The position numbers were made by a program, and so were the translations under genes. Source: an uncultured Prolixibacteraceae bacterium (GTDB taxonomy: Bacteria > Bacteroidota > Bacteroidia > Bacteroidales > CAZJZP01). From it: a stretch of 32,077 bases of DNA. How positions within the stretch are numbered: the stretch's first letter is position 1; every line of letters starts with the position of its first letter. This document shows, piece after piece, positions 25,313 to 32,077 of this stretch. The notes beneath the pieces are model-generated. The model saw only the letters and a program-made list of their open reading frames with translations, was not told where the DNA came from and searched no databases. The stretch lies in assembly GCA_964550505.1 (NCBI GenBank), contig CAZJZP010000002.1:1-32077 (forward strand), given 5' to 3'.

Positions 25313-26752
25313 TCAATTTTTATATAAAATTTTATAATTTTTATATCTGTTCAAGACATTTTCTACCATTCTAGTGCTGGAAGTCCCTCTACAATAGCCA
25401 TATTTTACAACAGGGTCACGATAATATTTTGGATTTGATTTAAGTAAAAAGTATTCTTTAACCTCATCCCATCTTGCAGGATTATCTCCATATTTTTCAG
25501 TCAATTTAATGGCATCAACAATATGGTTATGTCCGATATTATATGCAGCAATAATAAACTTAATTCGTTCCTCTTTATTTGGGACATATACTTGAAAATG
25601 CTCGTCTAACCATTTAATATATTTAGTACCTGCCTTAATATTCTCTTCCGGATTGGACGGAGTTGACGCTCCAAACCTTTTGGCAGTAACAGGCATTAGT
25701 TGCATTAAGCCGTAAGCTCCAGCCCAAGAGTATAAATCGTGATTAAATCTGGATTCTTCAAAAATCAAAGAAGCCAAAAGTAACCAATCCCAATCAATAT
25801 CTTTCGCATACACTTTCATTAAACTATCATAATCGGATATTTTATCTGTTTTTCCAGAAAAAAACTCACTTTCAAAAATCTCAACAGAACGTGGATTACG
25901 ATAGTATTTATTGTATAAATGCTCATATTCAATTGATTGAGTAAAGCTATCCAACCAATTATTAATTTTCTTTAATAAAACAGGAGAAGTTTTTCTTACC
26001 GCCCAAGATAAATTCTGTTTAAAACTAATTGGCGTGGAATAATCAATATTATTATAATAAAATCCGTTCACAGCAGCGAGGTGTTCATCACAAACCGTAT
26101 ATTGGATTTGGTATGTAGCTACTTTTTCAATTAACTGTTCAGATCCTATTCCAGGTAATTCAACAATGTGAATTGGTGCTCCAATTTCATCAGAAAGGCT
26201 TTGAATTCTAGACTTAAAGGAAGTATTTGTTGGAATATGAATATAGGTGTTTGCCATTTCTGTTTGATTTCGGATGAGGTATTTTTCTATTCTTTTTCTA
26301 GACATTTTTTCCCAATTAGGAGGCTTAGCCTGCACCAAAACCTGACGGGTTTGGCTGTGGGGAAGTGTAAAAGAAAATTCTTCGCTGCGCTCTTTCGTTA
26401 CACTTAAGTCAACAGCAATAATATCACATCTTCCATCACGCAGCATTTCAAAGCTGCTTTTCATATCGTTGCTCACTATTATTTGAATATTGATATTTAA
26501 TGCATTGGCTAAATGATTTATCATTTCGTATTGAAAGCCCATTGGTTGACCTCTGTATATGAAATAACTAATAGAGTTATAGCCTGTAGTTACATATAAT
26601 GTATCTCTTTCCTTGATTTCTTTCCAATCACGAACAAAGTCTTTTTTTATTAATGCTTGATGAGGATAGCGTGAAATAATACAAATCAAACTGAAAATTA
26701 GGATTAAAATCAGTATGTAAAACTTAATGTAATCTTTTTTTATGGGCTGCAT
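25313..26752 (-). CDS. mltF: MltF-like lytic murein transglycosylase (solute-binding-like domain + SLT domain)
   Basis: It has an N-terminal membrane anchor, a PBP-like domain (PMGFQYEMINHLANAL, CDIIAVDLSVT) and an SLT catalytic region (LLASLIFEESRFNHDLYSWAGAYGLMQLMP). Confidence 0.85.
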   Translation of the reverse strand: MQPIKKDYIKFYILILILIFSLICIISRYPHQALIKKDFVRDWKEIKERDTLYVTTGYNSISYFIYRGQPMGFQYEMINHLANALNINIQIIVSNDMKSSFEMLRDGRCDIIAVDLSVTKERSEEFSFTLPHSQTRQVLVQAKPPNWEKMSRKRIEKYLIRNQTEMANTYIHIPTNTSFKSRIQSLSDEIGAPIHIVELPGIGSEQLIEKVATYQIQYTVCDEHLAAVNGFYYNNIDYSTPISFKQNLSWAVRKTSPVLLKKINNWLDSFTQSIEYEHLYNKYYRNPRSVEIFESEFFSGKTDKISDYDSLMKVYAKDIDWDWLLLASLIFEESRFNHDLYSWAGAYGLMQLMPVTAKRFGASTPSNPEENIKAGTKYIKWLDEHFQVYVPNKEERIKFIIAAYNIGHNHIVDAIKLTEKYGDNPARWDEVKEYFLLKSNPKYYRDPVVKYGYCRGTSSTRMVENVLNRYKNYKILYKN

Positions 26753-26780
26753 AAGTAGGCAAATATAGTAAAAATATATT

Positions 26781-27824
26781 TTATGAGCTATTTTTAGATA
26801 TTAGTTTTTGCTTTTCAATTAAAAAATCAGCTAAGTTTTCGCTATTAATATCTTCAGAATAAACTGGATAAATGCTATCTTTTGTTCTTTTACTGAGGCA
26901 AAAATCATAAGCCTTATCGTAATAATGAAGCAGGCTAGCCGCTGCGGTTTCATAATTATGTTCTTTTACGGCTTGAATCGCAATTTTTGTGTCTAAACCT
27001 CCTAAGCGTTTTGTTATTTTATTGATTGCTTCAATTAAACAAAGATCATTGGTTTTATATTGCGAAACTAAAAAATCTATGCGTTTTTCCTTAGGAATGA
27101 TTAATTGAATAAGATTCGCTTCTTTCATTTTTTTATACAAGGTGTCTGGAATATTATTTTTCCCTATTTGTCGGGATTCATCTTCCAGCCATATTACATT
27201 ATTTAGGTCGAATTTGTGCATTTTATCCCATAATCGGTTTTCAAAATCTTCTGTTGAAGATTGTTTCTCTTCATTAATACTTCCAAAAGCAGAACCTTTA
27301 TGGTGAGCAAGCCCTTCTAAATCTACCACCTGTTCTCCTTTTTCTGCAATTTTGTGTAAAACTTCGGTTTTGGCGCTTCCGGTATATCCGCCTAAAATAA
27401 TAAATTTAAAATCATTGGAATAAAAATCTTGTACAGCACGACGAAAAGATTTATAACCACCAATAATTAAATTGCATTGAATACCACAAGCTTGAAGGAC
27501 AAAAGCAAAGGCGTGACTTCTCATCCCTCCTCGCCAACAATAGATTATTGCTTTTTTATTTTTTGCAATTCGCATAGCTTCCTTTTCGTAAAAAGGCATT
27601 CTTTGTTGTGCAAATGCTAAGGCTTTTGTGATAGCTTTAGCAGGGCTTTCTTTTTTGTAAACAGTTCCGACTACTGCTCTTTGTTCATCATCGAAAAGAG
27701 GAATATTATAAGCATTTGGAAGATGACCTTGGGCATATTCTGATGCCGTTCGTACATCAATTAAAACGCTTTCTTTGGATTCTTCCAAAGCTTCTTCAAT
27801 GCTGATTTCTTTTATTGAACTCAT
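26781..27824 (-). CDS. mnmH: tRNA 2-selenouridine(34) synthase MnmH/SelU (rhodanese + P-loop)
   Basis: The rhodanese domain has an active-site loop IIYCWRGGMRS, and the P-loop region is ILGGYTGSAKTEVL. Its start overlaps the cobB stop (ATGA). Confidence 0.85.
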   Translation of the reverse strand: MSSIKEISIEEALEESKESVLIDVRTASEYAQGHLPNAYNIPLFDDEQRAVVGTVYKKESPAKAITKALAFAQQRMPFYEKEAMRIAKNKKAIIYCWRGGMRSHAFAFVLQACGIQCNLIIGGYKSFRRAVQDFYSNDFKFIILGGYTGSAKTEVLHKIAEKGEQVVDLEGLAHHKGSAFGSINEEKQSSTEDFENRLWDKMHKFDLNNVIWLEDESRQIGKNNIPDTLYKKMKEANLIQLIIPKEKRIDFLVSQYKTNDLCLIEAINKITKRLGGLDTKIAIQAVKEHNYETAAASLLHYYDKAYDFCLSKRTKDSIYPVYSEDINSENLADFLIEKQKLISKNSS

Positions 27825-28507
27825 TGTTTCGTTAATTCTTTTACTAATTGTGTTAAGCCAAGACTTGCTTTTTCTTTGATAATATGAATACGATTGCTAT
27901 CGACGATTTTTATTTCTGCTGGATCAATAATATAGATAGGACAGCTATCAGAGACGTAATGAATTAAGCTTGCTGCGGGATAAACCTGAAGCGATGTTCC
28001 ACAAACAATAAAAATATCAGCAGTTTTACAGATTTCAGCAGCGACCTCCATCATTGGAACAGCTTCCCCAAACCATACAATATGTGGTCGGAGTTGTGAG
28101 CCTTTTGCACAACAATCTCCTTTTTTGAGTTCCCAGCCCTTAATTTCATATACGAGATTTTCATCCAGACTGCTGCGTGATTTTGTTAATTCACCATGGA
28201 GGTGAAGGACATTTTTTGAACCTGCACGTTCATGTAAATTGTCCACGTTTTGCGTAATTATTTGAACGGAAAAGTGTTTTTCCAGCTCAACTAAAGCAAA
28301 ATGCGCAGCATTGGGCTCTACTTCAGTTAATTGTTTTCTTCGTTTATTGTAAAAGTCCAACACTAGGTCTTGATTTTTTATCCATGCATCGTAAGTGCAA
28401 ACGTCTTCAATTCTGTACTGTTCCCACAGTCCACCGCTATCGCGAAAAGTACTTATCCCACTCTCTGCACTAATTCCTGAACCACTTAATACCACAATGT
28501 TTTTCAT
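27821..28507 (-). CDS. cobB: SIR2 family NAD-dependent protein deacylase (short CobB-type sirtuin)
   Basis: Motifs seen: GSGISAESGISTFRD, QNVDNLHERAG, catalytic HLHGEL, and LRPHIVWFGE. Confidence 0.9.
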   Translation of the reverse strand: MKNIVVLSGSGISAESGISTFRDSGGLWEQYRIEDVCTYDAWIKNQDLVLDFYNKRRKQLTEVEPNAAHFALVELEKHFSVQIITQNVDNLHERAGSKNVLHLHGELTKSRSSLDENLVYEIKGWELKKGDCCAKGSQLRPHIVWFGEAVPMMEVAAEICKTADIFIVCGTSLQVYPAASLIHYVSDSCPIYIIDPAEIKIVDSNRIHIIKEKASLGLTQLVKELTKQ

Positions 28508-28561
28508 TCTTTTCTATTTTATTTTAAGGATGAGGTTTTTTTTATCCTTACAAAGAAGTAT

Positions 28562-28569
28562 CAAAGGTA
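28562..28569 (-). promoter_or_regulatory. Candidate -7 box TACCTTTG for the cobB-led minus-strand gene string
   Basis: The plus strand reads CAAAGGTA at 28562-28569, 54 nt upstream of the cobB ATG (28507). It is the same octamer as the one upstream of prfB. Confidence 0.3.
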
Positions 28570-28648
28570 TGAATTTTATTGAAAACAAACAGAAAAGCAC
28601 AAAAACAAAACGAAGCAGAAATAAATTTTTTCAGTAAGAAAAAAACAG

Positions 28649-28656
28649 TAATTTTG
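28649..28656 (+). promoter_or_regulatory. Candidate -7 box TAATTTTG for the malic enzyme gene
   Basis: TAnnTTTG lies 31 nt upstream of the ATG at 28687 and inside the track's TTG-initiated N-terminal extension. Confidence 0.4.
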
Positions 28657-28686
28657 GAAGCTGAAAAACGGGAAAAACAGAAATAT

Positions 28687-30147
28687 ATGCAAAAAATAAA
28701 CATTACCCTAGAAGACTTAGCAGAAGCCTTTCCTAAAGACTTTACCGAAGAACAAATAGCAGAAGCACAAACGCATTTTTATAAGCAATTATCAGAATTA
28801 GCGCATGCTTATTACGGAGGGAAAATACAAACAGTAGCAAAAGCACCCGTCCCTGCTTTTAATTGGTTCAACGTGTGGTACACTCCAGGAATTTCCAGAG
28901 TCTCAACCTTAATCCGAGATAATAATGAAGAATCTTTTGAACTCAGCAATAGAGGAAATTTAGTTGCTGTTGTGAGTGATTCTACACGGGTTTTAGGAGA
29001 CGGAAATTGTACTCCCCCAGGAGGTTTAGGAGTGATGGAAGGCAAAGCATTTCTGATGAAATATTTGGGAGGAGTGGACGCGGTTCCTTTATGTATTGAT
29101 AGTAGAAATGAAAAGGGTGAGCACGATCCACAAAAGATTATCGATTTTGTGAAAATGCTTCAGTATAGTTTTGGAGCAGTTAATCTGGAGGATATTTCTC
29201 AACCAAATTGCTATAAAGTATTAGACGAATTGCGCGAAAGCTGTGAAATTCCTGTATGGCACGATGATGCTCAAGGAACAGCTTGCGTTACTTTAGCTGG
29301 TGTTATTAATGCACTTAAATTGGCTGGAAAAAAAATTGGAAATATCAAAATTGTCTTATATGGTGCAGGAGCTTCAAATACAACTATCGCTCGTTTGTTA
29401 ATTAAAGACGGAGCAGATGCAACTAAGATGATTATTTTTGATTCTAGAGGCTCGTTACACGCAGATAGAGAGGACATTAAGTCTGATAAGCGTTATTATA
29501 GAAAGTGGGAATTGTGTGAGAAAAGCAACAAAGACAAAGTCTTAACAATTGAAGAAGCAATGCAGGATGCAGATGTATTAATTGCACTTTCTAAGCCAGG
29601 GCCACATGAAGTTAAAGCAGACTGGATTAAAGCTATGGCCGATAAAGCTATCGTTTTTGCTTGCGCAAATCCGGTACCTGAAATTTATCCCCATGCTGCT
29701 AAAGAAGCTGGAGCTTTTATTGTTGGCACAGGAAGAGGTGATTTCCCAAATCAAGTAAATAATTCCCTCGGATTTCCTGGCATTTTAAAAGGCGCCTTAA
29801 TGGTTAGAGCAAAGAAAATAACGGATAATATGGCAATCCGTGCTGCTCATTCATTAGCTGATTTTGCTGAAAAGCGAGGAATTGATGTTGATAGCATTGT
29901 GCCAACAATGGAAGAAAGAGGCGTTTTTTCTCATGAAGCAGCTGATGTGGCCATGCAAGCTATCGAAGATGGGGTTGCCCGCGTGAAAATAAGCAGAGAA
30001 GAAGCCTTTTTAAAAGCACGAGAAGAAATTGATAAAGCCAGAGCTCTTACCACATCTTTATCGGAGCAAGGTTTTATTAAAGACCCTCCTCAACATATGA
30101 TTGAGGAAGCACTTGAATACGCAATAAAACAAGTAAATAACAAATAA
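28687..30147 (+). CDS. NAD(P)-dependent malic enzyme (short form, no PTA-like domain)
   Basis: Motifs seen: VWYTPGISR, VVSDSTRVLGDGN, GLGVMEGKAFLMKYLGGVDA, NLEDISQPNCY, the Rossmann motif LYGAGASN, and CANPVPEI. The ATG at 28687 (MQKINITLEDL...) is preferred over the track's TTG at 28579. Confidence 0.92.
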   Translation: MQKINITLEDLAEAFPKDFTEEQIAEAQTHFYKQLSELAHAYYGGKIQTVAKAPVPAFNWFNVWYTPGISRVSTLIRDNNEESFELSNRGNLVAVVSDSTRVLGDGNCTPPGGLGVMEGKAFLMKYLGGVDAVPLCIDSRNEKGEHDPQKIIDFVKMLQYSFGAVNLEDISQPNCYKVLDELRESCEIPVWHDDAQGTACVTLAGVINALKLAGKKIGNIKIVLYGAGASNTTIARLLIKDGADATKMIIFDSRGSLHADREDIKSDKRYYRKWELCEKSNKDKVLTIEEAMQDADVLIALSKPGPHEVKADWIKAMADKAIVFACANPVPEIYPHAAKEAGAFIVGTGRGDFPNQVNNSLGFPGILKGALMVRAKKITDNMAIRAAHSLADFAEKRGIDVDSIVPTMEERGVFSHEAADVAMQAIEDGVARVKISREEAFLKAREEIDKARALTTSLSEQGFIKDPPQHMIEEALEYAIKQVNNK

Positions 30148-30154
30148 TAGATTT

Positions 30155-30742
30155 ATGTTTGAATACATTTCAGGAACATTAACAGAAAAAAATCCAGCAT
30201 ATTTAGTTGTTGATAATCAAGGCATTGCTTATTATGTGAATATTTCTTTACACACATTTTCTTTGCTGAAAGATAAAAAGGAAGCAAAAATACTTATTCA
30301 TTTTGTGGTAAGAGAAGATGCGCAAATCCTTTTTGGATTTGCAGACGAAGCCGAACGAATTATTTTTCGTCAATTAATCTCCGTTTCCGGGGTTGGTGCA
30401 AATACCGCACGCATGATATTGTCTTCACTTAGTCCGCAGGAAGTTGCCAATGCTATTGCCAATGGAGAAGTTAGTATTTTGCAAAAAATCAAAGGGATTG
30501 GTGCAAAATCAGCACAACGAATTATCGTAGATCTTAAAGACAAAATACTAAAAACCAATATTCCTTCAGAAAATTTATCAATAGAATACAATAGAAATAA
30601 AGATGATGCGTTAATTGCATTAGTTACGCTCGGATTTTCTAAAATACAGGCTGAAAAAACCCTTAAAAGAGTTTTTGCTGAAATTGATGAAAATGCTGCA
30701 GTAGAAGATGTTATTAAACAAGCACTGAAGTTATTAAACTAG
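30155..30742 (+). CDS. ruvA: Holliday junction branch migration protein RuvA
   Basis: Motifs seen: MFEYISGTL, the HhH motifs LISVSGVGANTARMILS and LQKIKGIGAKSAQRIIVDLKDK, and a C-terminal domain III. Confidence 0.95.
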   Translation: MFEYISGTLTEKNPAYLVVDNQGIAYYVNISLHTFSLLKDKKEAKILIHFVVREDAQILFGFADEAERIIFRQLISVSGVGANTARMILSSLSPQEVANAIANGEVSILQKIKGIGAKSAQRIIVDLKDKILKTNIPSENLSIEYNRNKDDALIALVTLGFSKIQAEKTLKRVFAEIDENAAVEDVIKQALKLLN

Positions 30743-30791
30743 ATATTACTGTTTGGATAAGTCTATAAAAAATATTGTCTATCTCTGTACA

Positions 30792-32077
30792 ATGATAAGT
30801 GTGTTTGGAATACTTTTTTCAAACAGACAATCTTATGTTAGTTCAGAGCTTATGTCGTTATACTCTGATGAGTATTTTGTTTTAGCAAGCGATACTCCTC
30901 CTCCTGATACAACACTTCCTTATCCCTTTAAGGATAATAATAGAAATCCGCTTTTTGATGAACCTTTGGAAAGTCCCTTGTATTTAAGTGATCCTCCAAA
31001 TATCAACACCGAAATAGAATATGATCCAGAAAACAATCAATATGTTTTTAAAACCAAGGTTGGAAATATGGATATTCGACCTCCGGTGGTCATGAGCATT
31101 GAAGACTATGTTAATTATGATTACAATAAAGCCGTACAAAATTATTGGAGAGAACGTTCTAAAGCACAAAGTTCAACTGGTGAAGGAGGTTTGCTTTCTG
31201 GATTGAACTTGCCCAAAGGAGTTGGAACAATTGCAGATGTGATTGATATTCGACCACAGGGTTCTGCAGAATTAATCTTTGGAGTCAATCATAGTAGAAG
31301 GGACGATCCTGCTTTAGATGAGAAAAGAAGAAAAACCACTAATTTCGATTTTCAAGAAAAGATTCAAATGAATGTAATGGCCAAAATCGGTGATAAGGTT
31401 GACTTTAATGTTAAATATAATACCGAAGCTTCTTTTGAATTTGAAAATGAAATGAAATTGCAATATGAAGGCAAAGAAGATGAAATTATCAAGAGAATCG
31501 AAGCCGGTGATGTTACAATGCCTATTAACAGCACACTAATTACTGGAAGTCAAAGTTTGTTTGGGATTAAATCGGAACTACAATTTGGAAAAACAACGGT
31601 TACTTCTGTAATTTCTCAACAAGAAAGTGAAACATCTAATATTACCGTTGACGGAGGAGCACAAATAAGTGAATTTGAAGTAAAAGCAGATCAATACGAA
31701 GAAAATAAACACTATTTTCTTGCACAATACCACAGAGATAATTATAAAAAATCTTTGGAAAGACTTCCCATTGTCAATTCCCCTGTAAACATTACAAAAA
31801 TTGAAGTTTGGGTAACAAATATTGGCCCTGCAACTCAAGAAAACAGAAATATTGTTGCTTTTAACGACTTAGGGGAACATGACCCCTACAGTCCACTTAT
31901 TTCTCCAATCTTTACATCCCAAGCAGTATATCCACAAAACAACTCCAATGATTTACTCTCTGTTGTAGATGTCAATTCTATTAGGGATTTAAACAATGCA
32001 AACAATTATCTTTCTTCTTTAGGATTTAGAAATACGGAAGACTATGAAAAAGTGGAAAATGCCAGATTACTTTCTCC
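30792..32077 (+). CDS. sprA: Cell-surface protein SprA (T9SS translocon), N-terminal ~430 codons; continues beyond the window end
   Basis: Not in the ORF track because it is open-ended. Manual translation gives ...PPPDTTLPYPFKDNNRNPLFDEPLESPLYLSDPPNINTEIEYDPENNQYVFKTKVGNMDIRPPVVMSIEDYVNYDYNKAVQNYWRERS...FGIKSELQFGKTTVTSVISQQESE...HYFLAQYHRDNY..ITKIEVWVTN. These are characteristic SprA N-terminal segments. The frame opens at 30738, and an alternative TTG start at 30753 would give a better signal peptide (MDKSIKNIVYLCTMISVFGILF). Confidence 0.85.
   Translation, partial: MISVFGILFSNRQSYVSSELMSLYSDEYFVLASDTPPPDTTLPYPFKDNNRNPLFDEPLESPLYLSDPPNINTEIEYDPENNQYVFKTKVGNMDIRPPVVMSIEDYVNYDYNKAVQNYWRERSKAQSSTGEGGLLSGLNLPKGVGTIADVIDIRPQGSAELIFGVNHSRRDDPALDEKRRKTTNFDFQEKIQMNVMAKIGDKVDFNVKYNTEASFEFENEMKLQYEGKEDEIIKRIEAGDVTMPINSTLITGSQSLFGIKSELQFGKTTVTSVISQQESETSNITVDGGAQISEFEVKADQYEENKHYFLAQYHRDNYKKSLERLPIVNSPVNITKIEVWVTNIGPATQENRNIVAFNDLGEHDPYSPLISPIFTSQAVYPQNNSNDLLSVVDVNSIRDLNNANNYLSSLGFRNTEDYEKVENARLLS

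Noticed and set aside
27821-28507. The SIR2-domain protein was considered as a possible anti-phage defence gene (Thoeris, DSR or SIR2-HerA type).
   Set aside because: It is a 228-aa stand-alone canonical sirtuin with the GAGISAESGI-type NAD pocket and a catalytic His. It has no fused or neighbouring effector, helicase or TIR genes, and it sits in a housekeeping operon. It is most simply a CobB-type deacylase.
28521-28546. An inverted repeat, TAAGGAT-N11-ATCCTTA with a T8 loop, lies in the cobB leader and was considered as a regulatory element or phase-variable homopolymer.
   Set aside because: The stem is only 7 bp. The T-run is intergenic and not positioned between -33 and -7 elements that I can identify, and there is no supporting repeat elsewhere in the window.
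1-32077. I searched for tRNA/rRNA genes, CRISPR repeats, IS or transposase genes, integrases, and long direct or inverted repeats flanking the accessory block.
   Set aside because: I saw no GGTTCGAATCC-like T-arm, no regularly spaced repeats, and no DDE or tyrosine-recombinase motifs in any frame. By-eye inspection cannot exclude short or degenerate repeats; a self-dot-plot and tRNAscan/Infernal would be decisive.

Overview
This is an AT-rich, very tightly packed chromosomal segment that looks like a gliding Bacteroidota (Flavobacteriia-like) genome. The lineage call rests on the gene order rng-hup-mutY-ssb-gldE-gldD, on sprA, and on Bacteroidetes-type TAnnTTTG -7 boxes. I support about 34 protein-coding genes and found no rRNA, tRNA, CRISPR array, transposase or prophage signal.

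Housekeeping genes are: yicC (partial), prfB (needs a programmed +1 frameshift the ORF track cannot show), recX, RNase G, a 29-aa ribosomal micro-gene missing from the ORF track (bS22/AURKAIP1-COX24-like), HU, mutY, ssb, gldE, gldD, bifunctional DAHP synthase/chorismate mutase, an NlpC/P60 peptidase, a FetAB-like ABC exporter, MltF-like transglycosylase, selU/mnmH, a sirtuin, malic enzyme, ruvA and the 5' part of sprA (the T9SS translocon).

Accessory-looking parts are:
(i) an MBOAT plus AlgX/AlgJ-like O-acetylation pair;
(ii) a tight four-gene operon (14006-17964) encoding a secreted beta-propeller, a MORN-repeat protein whose C-terminal half looks GldN-like, a cytoplasmic SAM methyltransferase and a small secreted protein;
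(iii) a lipoprotein serpin with an inhibitory-type reactive-centre loop (predicted P1 Lys);
(iv) an operon coupling a Tyr-rich secreted protein, an HD phosphohydrolase, MtnA and a class II aldolase (possible DHAP-shunt-type SAM by-product salvage);
(v) an ECF sigma/anti-sigma pair co-transcribed with MltF and an uncharacterised secreted protein.

I see no obvious defence island. The most unexplained block is 14006-20312. All homology statements come from reading motifs by eye and from memory, with no searches run, so family names for the less conserved proteins are hypotheses.
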